Shown here: positions 30,246-40,660 of the stretch, one piece after another
Layout: each line of letters begins with the position of its first letter
Position numbering within the stretch: the first letter of the stretch is position 1
From: Campylobacter sp.
Lineage (GTDB): Bacteria; Campylobacterota; Campylobacteria; Campylobacterales; Campylobacteraceae
Assembly (NCBI RefSeq): GCF_019423325.1
Contig: NZ_JAHZBQ010000003.1
Coordinates: 138,601 to 202,600 of the forward strand
DNA length: 64,000 nucleotides
Direction of reading: 5' to 3'
The notes under the pieces: generated by a model
The model's database searches: none
Seen by the model: only the letters and a program-made list of their open reading frames with translations
What the model was told of the DNA's origin: nothing
Position numbers and translations under genes: made by a program

Positions 30246-30949
30246 TCGGCTTCTTTATATAAAATTCTGCCGCAATACGGGCAGGTTACGATGTCGTCGC
30301 TTTTGATGACCGCGGAATATGTCTTGTCGCTTATGCGCATAAAGCAGCCGTAGCAGGCCTGTTTGCGCACCGGCGAGACCGCCGTATTGCCCGCCCATTT
30401 GCGGATTTTTTCGTAGAATGAGACGGTTTTTGGATTCATCGCCTGCATTAATTTATCGCGCTTGGCGTAGATCGCGCCGCGAGCGACCTCGACCTCGCCC
30501 ATCTCGGCGCTTACCTGCTCTTGCAAGCTTTTTAACTCGGCTTCAAACGCCTCTTGCTTTTCGCTCTGCTCCTTTACGAGCGCTTCCTTTGCGGCTACGA
30601 TCTTTTCTAGCCTTTCGATCTCCTCGTTTGTGGCTTCGAGCTGCTCTTTTGCGATGTCCTCTTCGACGCTAAGGGCCTTGATCTCCTTTTCGGTTTTTGC
30701 CGCGCCGCTTTTTTTGCCCGTGCTTTTTAGCTTGGACGAAAATGCGCTAAGCTGCGCGTTTGCTTGTAAAATTTGAGATTTTAGCTCGGCGATCTCCGCA
30801 TTTAGAGTTTCGATCTGTTCTTTTGCGCCTGAAATTTCGCCGCTTTTTTTGCTTAGTTTCTCCTGCGCGGCTTCGATTTTAGGCTTAAATCCGTCCAGCT
30901 GCTTATCGAATTCGCAAAGCTCTACCAATTGGCTTAAATATTTGTTCAT
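30242..30949 (-). CDS. coiled-coil / C4 zinc-ribbon protein (COG1579, HP0958-like)
   Basis: 235 aa. Long heptad-rich coiled coil followed by CYGC...CPYCGRIL. Conserved pairing with the nif3-like gene. Confidence 0.7.
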   Translation of the reverse strand: MNKYLSQLVELCEFDKQLDGFKPKIEAAQEKLSKKSGEISGAKEQIETLNAEIAELKSQILQANAQLSAFSSKLKSTGKKSGAAKTEKEIKALSVEEDIAKEQLEATNEEIERLEKIVAAKEALVKEQSEKQEAFEAELKSLQEQVSAEMGEVEVARGAIYAKRDKLMQAMNPKTVSFYEKIRKWAGNTAVSPVRKQACYGCFMRISDKTYSAVIKSDDIVTCPYCGRILYKEAE

Positions 30950-30958
30950 CTTTTTCCT

Positions 30959-31681
30959 TTAATAATACGTAAATGGATTTTTTTGCTCGCTTATTATAAC
31001 TTCAATTTCGCTTTTTTGCAAGAAAGGTGCGAGCGCGCGCCCAAAATAGCGCTCACTTTCAAAATGATTTATATCGATCAAACTCACGCCGTTTTCTAAA
31101 TTTTGAAGCGCCGCGTGATATTTTATATCGCCCGTGATGAAGCAATCCACGCCCAAACTTTGATTTAGTTCGCTCCCACTACCGGTGCAAAGCGCGATAT
31201 TTTGGATGAAATTTTTCGTCTTTACCGCGCGCAGATGCTCAATGCCAAGCTTGCGCTTTATATCCGCGCACAGATGCTCAAAGCTCAAATCCGCGCGCAT
31301 GAAAACCAAAAATTCCTGCTCATCCGTAATTTCAAATTTTAAAATTTCGCGCGCTACGAACCTGTTTAAAACGTGCTTGTCAAAGTTCGTATGCATCACG
31401 ATGAGAGAGATATTTTTGCGGATCATCTCATAGATCAAATTTGCGGGATATAGCCGCGGATCAAGCGATTTTAGCGGACTGAAAATCAGCGGGTGGTGCA
31501 CCACGAAAAGAGAGCCCGCCTCAGCCTCGCGCACCAGCTCGCTAGTAACGTCGAGGCTTAGATAGATTTTTGAAATTTCATCATCCAAGTTTCCGAGCGT
31601 TAGTCCACTATTATCCCACGTCTCTGCGTCGCAAAAAGGCGCGGCGGCATTTAAAATTTCATAAATTTCGCCCGTTTTCAT
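30959..31681 (-). CDS. Nif3-like dinuclear metal centre protein (GTP cyclohydrolase 1 type 2 homologue)
   Basis: 240 aa. NIF3/DUF34 pattern (WDNSGL, VVHHPLIF, ITGDIKYH, INHFESE). Confidence 0.85.
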   Translation of the reverse strand: MKTGEIYEILNAAAPFCDAETWDNSGLTLGNLDDEISKIYLSLDVTSELVREAEAGSLFVVHHPLIFSPLKSLDPRLYPANLIYEMIRKNISLIVMHTNFDKHVLNRFVAREILKFEITDEQEFLVFMRADLSFEHLCADIKRKLGIEHLRAVKTKNFIQNIALCTGSGSELNQSLGVDCFITGDIKYHAALQNLENGVSLIDINHFESERYFGRALAPFLQKSEIEVIISEQKNPFTYY

Positions 31682-31686
31682 AAATC

Positions 31687-32685
31687 CTACTTTACGCTTT
31701 TATCTGTCTTATTTGCGGAATTTTGCTTGCCGCAAGCGTTTTTTAAATTTACGCCTGCGGAGGAAGCGGGCGCCGCGCCGCCCTCTTTGCCGCCTTTTTT
31801 ACCGCTGCATGCCGTGCCGCAAAGATCGGCGACATATTTTTGCGGATCTGCATAGCAAAGCGCGCAGTTTTTGGCAAGATCGCGGATCTTTAAAATATAA
31901 TCCTGCCTCTGCGTGACCGAAATCGCTCCGCGCGCGTCAAGGACGTTGAACGTGTGCGCCGCGAGCATGCAGTAATCATACGCAGGAAGCGCCAGGCCGT
32001 GCTTTAGGATGCTTTTGCACTCGCCGAAGCAGTTTTCAAACTGATTAAAAAGCATCGCGGTGTCCGCAAGCTCGAAGTTGTATTTACTAAACTCGAACTC
32101 GCCTCTTTTATGCACGTCGCCGTAGGTTACTAGCCCCGCCTTGTCGTCCCAGACGATGTCGTAAACGTCGTCTTTGTTTTGCAGATACATCGCCAAGCGC
32201 TCAAGCCCGTAGGTGATCTCGCCGCTAATTAGCTCGCACGTGATGCCGCCCACCTGCTGAAAATATGTAAACTGCGTCACCTCCATGCCGTCTAGCCAAA
32301 CCTCCCAGCCAAGCCCCCAGGCCCCGAGCGTCGGACTCTCCCAGTTGTCTTCTACGAAGCGGATATCGTGGCTTTTAAGATCTAGCCCCAGCTTTTCTAA
32401 GCTTTTTAGATAGAGCTCTTGGATATTATCAGGGCTCGGTTTTAAGATCACCTGAAACTGATAATACGCGCCCAAGCGGTTTGGGTTTTCGCCGTAGCGT
32501 CCGTCTGTAGGGCGACGCGAGGGTGCTACGTATGCCGCGCGCCAAGGTTTGCTTCCTAGGCTGCGCAAAAAGGTGGCCTGATGATAGGTGCCCGCGCCCG
32601 CTGGCATATCGTAAGGCTGAACGAGCAAGCAGCCCTGCTCGTGCCAGTAGTTTTGAAGCGTCAAAATAATCTGTGAAAACGTCAT
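31687..32685 (-). CDS. glyQ: glycine--tRNA ligase alpha subunit with low-complexity C-terminal tail
   Basis: 332 aa. Highly conserved GlyQ core ([29 protein letters not shown]). The last ~45 aa ([34 protein letters not shown]...) look like an extension. Confidence 0.92.
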   Translation of the reverse strand: MTFSQIILTLQNYWHEQGCLLVQPYDMPAGAGTYHQATFLRSLGSKPWRAAYVAPSRRPTDGRYGENPNRLGAYYQFQVILKPSPDNIQELYLKSLEKLGLDLKSHDIRFVEDNWESPTLGAWGLGWEVWLDGMEVTQFTYFQQVGGITCELISGEITYGLERLAMYLQNKDDVYDIVWDDKAGLVTYGDVHKRGEFEFSKYNFELADTAMLFNQFENCFGECKSILKHGLALPAYDYCMLAAHTFNVLDARGAISVTQRQDYILKIRDLAKNCALCYADPQKYVADLCGTACSGKKGGKEGGAAPASSAGVNLKNACGKQNSANKTDKSVK

Positions 32686-32913
32686 TTTTATCCTTTTATC
32701 GATATGTAAATTTAAATTTTATCTTCCAAAGCGCCTTTCAAAGCCTGCTTTAAAGGCTCTTTGCAGCTCTTAAATTTTTCAAATTTCAGCCGAGCATTCG
32801 CCCGTCAAGTCGGAATTTACTGAAACCAGGTCATTTTTTCAAAACAAGGCGATCTCTTATTTTCGCCTAAAATTTTAGCGAAATTTCGTTTTGCAAGCCC
32901 CGCTGCGGCAAAT

Positions 32914-33534
32914 TTATCTATACTCCAGCAGCTTGAAATATTTTTTCGCGATCGGATCAAGGGCGAATATATCGAAATCTCCCTTATCGCCGAGATCGCT
33001 TGCTGCGGGATACTCGCCGTCCGTGACGTAAAACGCCCCGTCTAGCCTCACTTCGCCGTCCTTGCATCTAGCTTTTTCGTCCCAAAAATACCGCCACTTA
33101 TATCTTGTGCCGCGCTCGGAGCTGCCCACCTGTAGCGTCAAGCTTTGAAACGAACTCTCGCGCGGGCTATATCTGATGATCATCTGCCCCTCGTCGATTG
33201 CGGCGTTACCCTCGTCGTCATAGCCCTCGCCCAGATCGAAATGCTCGCCGTAATATTCGATAGTAACGTCTTTTGAGGGCTTGTAATCCTCCGCAATACC
33301 GCTAAATTTCACGCCCCCTTTGCGCTCGTTCGCATTTTTTTCTAAAATTTTCAAACTGTTCTCGTTCGCGCAGTAGCTTAAATTTAACTTTACGATCTCC
33401 TCTTTATTCGCTTTCAAAAATTGCCTCAAACTATCCACGGAGGCGGCGTCCGATAAAAACACCTCCTTGCTTTTAATCTCTTTTGCGCCTAAAAGCGCGA
33501 CAAAAGCAAGCGACAGAGCGACGATCTTTTTCAT
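32914..33534 (-). CDS. secreted/periplasmic hypothetical protein
   Basis: 206 aa. Signal peptide MKKIVALSLAFVALLGA. No family recognised. Confidence 0.5.
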   Translation of the reverse strand: MKKIVALSLAFVALLGAKEIKSKEVFLSDAASVDSLRQFLKANKEEIVKLNLSYCANENSLKILEKNANERKGGVKFSGIAEDYKPSKDVTIEYYGEHFDLGEGYDDEGNAAIDEGQMIIRYSPRESSFQSLTLQVGSSERGTRYKWRYFWDEKARCKDGEVRLDGAFYVTDGEYPAASDLGDKGDFDIFALDPIAKKYFKLLEYR

Positions 33535-33747
33535 TTTATTCCTTTAAATCGATCAAATTTTACTAAATTTCGCGCGGGTTTCGGCTCTTAAATTTTAAAA
33601 CCCGCACGAAGTATAAATTTAAAAATTTAGCCTCGCGGCACCTATGGCTCGCCGTTTAAATTTGCCGCTGCGTAAATTTAAACATTTTTTGAGCGCCAAA
33701 TTTTACTCGCTAAGCTCGCGCCTAGCGCTGCCGCGCACCTTTGCGCT

Positions 33748-34248
33748 CTAGTCCTCAAGTAGTACTTCGATCTGCTCGGAGTCCTTTTTCAGCGCCTCCG
33801 CTTTTGCCGCGCGATCCGCCTTTAGCTTCGAGCTTAGCACCTCGTCGTTTAGAGCTAAAATTTGCACCGCCAGATACGCCGCGTTTTTCGCTCCCGCCTT
33901 GCCGATCGCAAGCGTCGCGACGGGGATACCCGCAGGCATCTGCACGGTCGAATACAGCGCATCTACGCCGCTAAGCGCGCTGCCGCCGAGCGGAATGCCG
34001 AGCACCGGCTTGGTCGTATTTGCGGCGACCGCGCCCGCAAGATGCGCCGCCATGCCCGCCGCGCAGATGAAAACCTGCGCGCCCTTTTTCTCGGCGTCCG
34101 CGACATATTTAGCCGTACGAGCGGGGCTTCGGTGTGCCGAAGATACGATCATCTCGTACGCCGCGCCGAATTCATTTAAAATTTTAGCCGCCTCGTAAAC
34201 GACCTCGTAATCGCTCTTTGAGCCCATTATTATAGAAACAAATTTCAT
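33748..34248 (-). CDS. purE: 5-(carboxyamino)imidazole ribonucleotide mutase
   Basis: MKFVSIIMGSKSDY start and AAGMAAHLAG motif. The ATG at 34248 forms an ATGA overlap with the upstream U32 gene stop, with AGGAG 7 nt upstream. Confidence 0.92.
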   Translation of the reverse strand: MKFVSIIMGSKSDYEVVYEAAKILNEFGAAYEMIVSSAHRSPARTAKYVADAEKKGAQVFICAAGMAAHLAGAVAANTTKPVLGIPLGGSALSGVDALYSTVQMPAGIPVATLAIGKAGAKNAAYLAVQILALNDEVLSSKLKADRAAKAEALKKDSEQIEVLLED

Positions 34249-35513
34249 TCCATCTCCTTTCTTAAAAAGCAAAACTCCGCGAGCTTCACAGGCAGCTTAA
34301 TCTCATTTAGATTGCCGCTGTGAATCTCGCTAAATTCCTTACCGCTGCGGCTTTGCAGCTTCTTAAATTTTAAATATGGCTTGCCGCTAAGCTCGTAAAT
34401 TTCGCCGATTTCATTATCGCAAGCGCAAATTTTAAAGCCGCGCGGAGCAAAAATTTCATACGCTTCGCCGGGTAAAATTTTATCTTTGACGCTTATAAAC
34501 TCGCCGTCCTGCGAGATCGCGCAAACCTGATGCGTGCCAAGCTCGATGCTGCGGTCTAAATTTTGCGTATCCTCTCGCTCGTATGGGCGTTTTATCAAAT
34601 ATCCGTCGCTAAAGCCGCGGTTTTTAAGCGTCGCGATCTCGCGCTCGTAAACACGGGCCTCAAATTTATCGCCCGCAGCATCGTCGATCGCCGCGCGGTA
34701 GGCATTCGTGGCGCATGCGACGTAGTATTCGCTCTTGGTGCGCCCTTCGATTTTAAAGCTGTCGATCGCGCCCGTTTGCATGATCTTTTGCACGTGCGAA
34801 ATGAGGCTAAGATCCTTCGCGTTCATTACGAAAGTCCCCTCCCCCTCGCGTTCTTGCAAGCGGAAAAGCGCGCTGGTTTCGGGATTTTTCGCGTAAAGCT
34901 CGTAGTTAAATCTGCAGTCGTTCGCGCAGCTTCCGCGGTTGCTGAAGCGTCCGCTTTGCACCGCGCTAACAAGACAGCGCCCGCTGTATGCGAAACACAT
35001 CGAGCCGTGCACGAAAATTTCGATCTCGAGGTTTGGAAGTTTTTCCTTAATCTCCACGGCGTCTTTGAGCGTCATTTCGCGCGCCGCGACGATGCGGGCG
35101 GCGCCCAGCTCCGCCCAAACCTGCGCATCCAGATAATTTAGCACGTTAGCTTGGGTGGAGACGTGAATCGGGATCTCAGGCGCTACGGCTCGCGCGAGGC
35201 TTGCGACACCCAAAGTGGCGATTAAAATTCCATCCACGCGCAGATCGCGAAGAAATTCCAGATGCCTTTCGATGTTTCCTAGCTGGCCGTTGGTCGCAAA
35301 GCCATTTACGGTCGCGTAGAGCTTCTTGCCGCGCTCGTGTGCATACGCGACACCCTGTGCGAAGCTTTCCTTGCTAAATTCCTTCGCGCTTCGCTGGCGT
35401 AGCGAAAATGAGCCCGTGCTTGCATACACGGCGTCCGCGCCGTAAGCCAGGGCGATTTTTAGTTTCGTTAAATTCCCAGCAGGAGCTAAGAGTTCGGGTT
35501 TTTTCAAATACAT
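34245..35513 (-). CDS. peptidase U32-family protein
   Basis: 422 aa. U32 signature region EIFVHGSMCFAYSGRCLVS. Confidence 0.85.
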   Translation of the reverse strand: MYLKKPELLAPAGNLTKLKIALAYGADAVYASTGSFSLRQRSAKEFSKESFAQGVAYAHERGKKLYATVNGFATNGQLGNIERHLEFLRDLRVDGILIATLGVASLARAVAPEIPIHVSTQANVLNYLDAQVWAELGAARIVAAREMTLKDAVEIKEKLPNLEIEIFVHGSMCFAYSGRCLVSAVQSGRFSNRGSCANDCRFNYELYAKNPETSALFRLQEREGEGTFVMNAKDLSLISHVQKIMQTGAIDSFKIEGRTKSEYYVACATNAYRAAIDDAAGDKFEARVYEREIATLKNRGFSDGYLIKRPYEREDTQNLDRSIELGTHQVCAISQDGEFISVKDKILPGEAYEIFAPRGFKICACDNEIGEIYELSGKPYLKFKKLQSRSGKEFSEIHSGNLNEIKLPVKLAEFCFLRKEME

Positions 35514-35575
35514 TCCTAGTGATTTTTTAAGCGCGATTTTACTACAATTTAGCCAAAATTTTATTTAAGGAGCAG

Positions 35576-36367
35576 TTGATGCGAGCCGATCTACACAACC
35601 ACACCTATCTTTGCAACCACGCTAGCGGCGAGCCGCGGCAGTATTTAGAAGCGGCGATCGCACGAGGCATAGAAATTTTCGGCTTTGCGGATCATGCGCC
35701 GATGAACTTCGATCAAAAATACCGAATGAGCTTCGAGCAGATGGAGCTTTACGAAGGGATGATTAGGGATCTGCGGGATGAGTTTAGCGGGCGGATCGAC
35801 GTGCGGCTGGGATACGAGGTCGATTTTATGACGAAAAAAGAGCTGATGGATGAGCGGATTTTCGCGCGCAAGCTCGATTATCTCATCGGCTCGGTACATT
35901 TTTTAAACAACTGGGGCTTTGATAACGAGGAATTTTTAGATCAGTGGAGCGGGCGCGAGATAGACGACGTTTATCGCGAATACTTTGCGCTGATCTGCGC
36001 GCTGTGTAGAAGCGGTAAATTCGACATTTTAGGGCATATGGATCTGATTAAAATTTTTAAATTTACTCCGAAAAAAGATATCAGAGTTTTGGCAGGCGGC
36101 GCAATAAACGCGATCAAAAAAAGCGGCATCGTCGTGGAGCTAAACTCCGCTGGGCTTCGCAAGCCCGCAAATGAAATTTATCCGAGCGACGCGCTTTTAG
36201 AGGTGCTTGCGGATGCGGACGTGCCGATCACGCTTGGCTCGGATGCGCACTCGGTTGCCCAAGTAGCGCTAAATTACGATAAAATTTATGCCAAAGCGCG
36301 CGAGTTCGGCTACGATAAGATCGCCGTTTTCAAAAATCGCGAGCGTGAGTTTGTAAAGCTAGCGTAA
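35576..36367 (+). CDS. PHP-domain histidinol-phosphatase-family protein (HisJ-like)
   Basis: 263 aa. DLHNHT N-terminal metal motif, later HMDLIK and GSDAHS. Confidence 0.75.
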   Translation: MMRADLHNHTYLCNHASGEPRQYLEAAIARGIEIFGFADHAPMNFDQKYRMSFEQMELYEGMIRDLRDEFSGRIDVRLGYEVDFMTKKELMDERIFARKLDYLIGSVHFLNNWGFDNEEFLDQWSGREIDDVYREYFALICALCRSGKFDILGHMDLIKIFKFTPKKDIRVLAGGAINAIKKSGIVVELNSAGLRKPANEIYPSDALLEVLADADVPITLGSDAHSVAQVALNYDKIYAKAREFGYDKIAVFKNREREFVKLA

Positions 36368-36596
36368 ATTTTAACGGCAGCCGCTTTTAAATTTCAAACA
36401 AGCGCGGACAGCGAGAAATTTTAAAATTTCAAAATCTTCAGTGGCGTGAAAATTTCAGATTTCAAAAGGCATGGCGGCGCAAAATTTTAAAAATCGCGGC
36501 GCGCAAAACGGCGCAGATAAAGTCGAATTTCAACTAAATAATGTTAAAATCCGCCATTAAATTTAGCCCAAATACGGGCGGAAAAAAGGAAAAAAT

Positions 36597-38024
36597 ATGG
36601 GAAAATTTGTTAATGACGTGAAGGAATTTTTTAAATTTTGCGATGAAAACGAGGTCGAGTTCGTGGATTTTAGATTTACCGATCTAAAGGGTACCTGGCA
36701 CCACGTCGCTTACAACTACAAGCGCCTGCCGAAGGACTTCGCCGACGGAATTCCATTTGACGCAAGCTCGGTAGCGGCGTGGCAGCCGATCGATAAATCC
36801 GATATGATGCTAAAGCCCGACGTAGGGACGGCGTTTTTGGATCCATTCACCGCGGACGTTACGATCATCGTCATCTGCGACGTTTACGATATCTACAAAA
36901 ACGAGCTTTACGAAAAATGCCCGCGCTCTATCGCTAAAAAAGCCGAGCAGTTTCTGCAAACCACGGGTCTTGGAGATACCTGCTACTTCGGGCCTGAGAA
37001 TGAGTTTTTCGTTTTCGACGACGTAAAGATCATCGACGATATGAACTGCGCGATGTTTAAGGTAGATACCGAAGAGGGGCATTGGAACAGCGGCAAAAAC
37101 TACAAAGACGGCTTTAATAGCGGCCACCGCCCGGGCGTAAAGGGCGGCTACTTCCCCGTCCAGCCCGTCGATTCGATGGTCGATCTGCGCGCCGAGATGC
37201 TAAAAGTGCTTGAGCAGATCGGGCTTGAGACCTTCATCTGCCACCACGAAGTAGCGCAAGGCCAGGGCGAGATCGGCGTTAAATACGGCACCCTCGTCGA
37301 GGCCGCCGACAACGTGCAAAAATACAAATACGTCGTAAAGATGGTCGCGCACCTAAACGGCAAGACCGCGACCTTTATGCCAAAACCGCTCTACGGCGAT
37401 AACGGCAGCGGAATGCACGTGCACCAATCGATCTGGAAAAAGGGCAAAAATACCTTTTATAAAAAGGGCAACTACGCAAATTTAAGCGACGCGGCTAGAT
37501 GGTATATCGGCGGCGTGCTAAAGCATGCACGCAGCGTCGCAGCGTTTACGAACCCGAGCACCAACAGCTACAAACGCCTCATCCCGGGCTTTGAGGCGCC
37601 GTCCATTCTAACTTATTCGAGCCAAAACCGCTCCGCTTCGATCCGCATCCCTTACGGCAGCGGCGAGCACTCCGTGCGCGCAGAGATGCGCTTCCCCGAT
37701 AGCACAGCGTGCCCGTATTTGGCATTTGCGGCGATGCTTATGGCTGGAATCGACGGTATCAAAAACAAAACCGAGCCGGTCGGACCGATGGATGAGAATT
37801 TATTCAAGCTGCACCTGGATGAGATTCGCGAGCGCGGCATCGAGCAGCTTCCGCACACGCTTCGCGGCAGCCTAGAGGCAGTGATCCGCGATAATGAGTA
37901 TCTGCGCCCGATAATGAGCGAGCTTTTCATCGAGACCTATCAGCATTTTAAATTTGAAACTCAGGTTTGGCCTTACGAGGCGCGCCCTACGCCGTTTGAG
38001 TTTGCAACGAACTACTCGTGCTAA
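36597..38024 (+). CDS. glnA: glutamine synthetase, type I
   Basis: 475 aa. GS-I motifs ([37 protein letters not shown]). Confidence 0.93.
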   Translation: MGKFVNDVKEFFKFCDENEVEFVDFRFTDLKGTWHHVAYNYKRLPKDFADGIPFDASSVAAWQPIDKSDMMLKPDVGTAFLDPFTADVTIIVICDVYDIYKNELYEKCPRSIAKKAEQFLQTTGLGDTCYFGPENEFFVFDDVKIIDDMNCAMFKVDTEEGHWNSGKNYKDGFNSGHRPGVKGGYFPVQPVDSMVDLRAEMLKVLEQIGLETFICHHEVAQGQGEIGVKYGTLVEAADNVQKYKYVVKMVAHLNGKTATFMPKPLYGDNGSGMHVHQSIWKKGKNTFYKKGNYANLSDAARWYIGGVLKHARSVAAFTNPSTNSYKRLIPGFEAPSILTYSSQNRSASIRIPYGSGEHSVRAEMRFPDSTACPYLAFAAMLMAGIDGIKNKTEPVGPMDENLFKLHLDEIRERGIEQLPHTLRGSLEAVIRDNEYLRPIMSELFIETYQHFKFETQVWPYEARPTPFEFATNYSC

Positions 38025-38153
38025 GACAGGCTTATTTTATGCCGCGCCGCCCGATTTTTACGAGACGGTGCGGCATAGAGCCTTGGAATTTTAAAATTTC
38101 TCCGCGCGCGAACTTTTAAAATTCTACCGTATGCGCGAACTTAAATACCGCCC

Positions 38154-39407
38154 GTGAAGCTTCAACTCTTTTACTCTAAACGCGAAATTTTATACTTTCT
38201 ACTCATTTTGCTTGGAATTTTATCGATAAACTTAGGCGTGAAATTTTATGAATTCAAAGAATTCCGCGCGAAAAACTACGCTTTTTACGGCGCGCAAATT
38301 TTAAATGCCTACACCAAAACGAACGAGCGCGGCCGCAGTTACACGGTGCTAAAGCTCAAAACGGCGGATTTTACCCTCTACACGACTGCCGGGCTCGAGC
38401 GGGAATTTCACCGCTTCGCGCGCGTAAATATCGGCATCGTAACCAAAAACGTAAAATTTTTAGATTTTTTAAAGCAGCGCTTTTACGCACCAAATTTTAA
38501 AATTTCAGCCGAGACCGCGCCCTCTGGGGCAAAATGGCGCGCGATAAGCTTCGTTCGCGCCCAACACGAAGATGAGATGACGGCGGATCTTTACTCCGCG
38601 CTGTATTTTGCGACCGAAATTTCAAAACCGCTGCGCGCCAGCGTGACGAACTGGGGCATAGCGCACATCATCTCGATCAGCGGCTTTCATCTGGGCATTA
38701 TCTTTAGCACGGTCTTTCTGCTTGCAATGCCGATCTACCGCTATTTTCAGGATCGCTACTTTCCATACCGCAGCGCGAGGCGCGATCTTAGCGTCTTTGT
38801 GATCGTGCTGATGAGCGGGTATCTCTTCGTGCTCGATTTTACGCCGAGCTTTCTGCGCTCGCTTGCGATGTGCTGCGTGGGCTTTTTCCTCGCGATGCGA
38901 AATTTCTACGTACTTAAATTTACGAACCTCTTCCTAACGATCGCGCTTCTACTTGCGTTTTTCCCGCACTTAGCCTTTTCGATCGGATTTTATTTCTCCT
39001 GCCTGGGCGTACTGTATATTTTCCTCTACCTGCACCACTTCGCACCTAAATTTAAGCTCTGGCAGAACGTCATACTTTTTAACCTCTACGTTTGGCTCAG
39101 CATGAACGCGGCGGTCTATTATTTCTTCCCGACCGCTTCGCTGCAGCAGCTTAGTGTAATGCCGCTGGGATACGTGTTCGTGATCTTTTATCCGCTAAGC
39201 ATATTTTTGCATATATTTGGGCTCGGCGGCGCGCTCGATACGCCGCTGCTTGCGTTTTTAAACTTTACTTTGCCGAGCTTTCAAGCGCAAATTCCGCCAC
39301 TTCTTTTCGCGCTCGCAAACATCTGTGCGCTTGCTGCGATAAAGATTCGCTACGCAGCGCTTGGTTGCGCGATAATCGGAATTTCGCCGATATTTTTTAT
39401 AACGTAG
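38154..39407 (+). CDS. comEC: ComEC/Rec2-family competence membrane protein (short form)
   Basis: 417 aa, polytopic. Conserved competence-domain stretch NWGIAHIISISGFHLGI. GTG start. Confidence 0.75.
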   Translation: MKLQLFYSKREILYFLLILLGILSINLGVKFYEFKEFRAKNYAFYGAQILNAYTKTNERGRSYTVLKLKTADFTLYTTAGLEREFHRFARVNIGIVTKNVKFLDFLKQRFYAPNFKISAETAPSGAKWRAISFVRAQHEDEMTADLYSALYFATEISKPLRASVTNWGIAHIISISGFHLGIIFSTVFLLAMPIYRYFQDRYFPYRSARRDLSVFVIVLMSGYLFVLDFTPSFLRSLAMCCVGFFLAMRNFYVLKFTNLFLTIALLLAFFPHLAFSIGFYFSCLGVLYIFLYLHHFAPKFKLWQNVILFNLYVWLSMNAAVYYFFPTASLQQLSVMPLGYVFVIFYPLSIFLHIFGLGGALDTPLLAFLNFTLPSFQAQIPPLLFALANICALAAIKIRYAALGCAIIGISPIFFIT

Positions 39408-39486
39408 CGCACGAAAATTCCAGCGGGAATTTTATCCGTTGGAATTTTATGCTAAAATCGCGCTTCAAATCTCACAAAGGATCAAA

Positions 39487-39777
39487 ATGTTTATTGCGAA
39501 CCTCACCTACGTCAAAGAAGTAAGCGAAGTGGACCGCTTTATCAACGAGCACAACGCGTTTTTGGATAAATTTTTCGCGGCGGATAAATTTATCTGCTCG
39601 GGGCGCAAAGTCCCTCGCACCGGCGGCATCATCTTAATCAACGCCAAAGACCGCGCGGAGCTTGATGAGATCATCGCGCAAGATCCGTTCTTTCAAAACG
39701 GCGTCGCAAAATACGAGATCATAGAATTTGCGCCGACGAAATTTGCGCCCGAGTTTTGGAGGCTTTTCGGCGAATAG
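39487..39777 (+). CDS. YciI-family protein
   Basis: About 96 aa from the internal ATG (AAGGA RBS). YciI-like pattern (...H..FL.......I.SG......GG.I......R.E.D.II..DPF). Confidence 0.7.
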   Translation: MFIANLTYVKEVSEVDRFINEHNAFLDKFFAADKFICSGRKVPRTGGIILINAKDRAELDEIIAQDPFFQNGVAKYEIIEFAPTKFAPEFWRLFGE

Positions 39778-39948
39778 ACGGCGCGGGTTAAATTTTAAAA
39801 TTTACGCGCTTAAACACGCCTCTGAAATTTAGCTTTTTTTGCGTACGAGATGAAATTTTAACCCGAATTAAAAGCCGAAACGCGGCGGTAAATTTAGATA
39901 AGCTTAAAACCGAAATTATGCAAAACGGCGAAATTTAAAGGAGATCGG

Positions 39949-40645
39949 GTGCTGATAAAACTGCGGCTCGCAACGCCGCAAGATGCGGAGGCGCTGCTTG
40001 AAATTTACGCGCCTTACGTAAAGCAAACGGCGATCAGCTTTGAATACGACGTGCCCAGCGCCGCGGAATTTGTGGGGCGCATCGGACAGACGCTGCAAAG
40101 ATACCCCTATCTGCTCGCTTACGTAAGCAACGAGACGGCATGCACGGGCGATGAACGGAATGAAAATTTTAAAATTTCTGCGAGCGCGGCAGGCGCAGGG
40201 AGTGAAATTTTGCCCGCATACGAGGCGCGAAATTGCGCAAGCGGTGCGGCGAAACAAAATAGCGCAAATTTAAAACACGGGCAAATCCTCGGCTACGCCT
40301 ACGCTTCGGTTTTCAAAGAGCGGGCGGCATACGATTGGTCGGCGGAGTGCTCGGTTTACGTGTCGCGAAACGTGCGCGCTTAGGGCTCAAAACATAGTAG
40401 ATATGAACGCTTGCATCGCTTGCGGGGATGACGAATATCTAAACGACGCGAGCGTGCGATTTCACGAGCGTATGGGTTTTCGCTTCGTCGGCAGATTCGA
40501 GCGCTGCGCCTATAAATTCGGCCGCTGGTACGATATGGCATGGATGCAAAAGCCCATCGGCGAGCATCTGCAAAATCAGCCCGCAATGAGGCCTTTCGCG
40601 CGCTTTAGAGATGAAATTTGCGCGAGCGCGGGCATTGAAATTTAA
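39949..40645 (+). pseudogene. GNAT N-acetyltransferase (phosphinothricin-acetyltransferase-like), disrupted
   Basis: The N-half (IRLATPQDAEALLEIYAPYV...AYDWSAECSVYVS) ends at a TAG at 40381. The C-half (ALRAQNIVDMNACIA...SVRFHERMGFRFVGRFERCAYKFGRWYDMAWMQK) continues in another frame. The acetyl-CoA P-loop segment (R/Q-x-x-G-x-G/A) between them is missing. An extra low-complexity insert lies at ~40135-40288. Confidence 0.7.
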
Positions 40646-40660
40646 TTTAAAGGAAAAACT

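Noticed and set aside
33741-34198. Plus-strand Arg/Pro-rich ORFs (77, 105 and 99 aa) antisense to purE
   Set aside because: They are GC-rich antisense frames of a highly conserved purE gene and are spurious.
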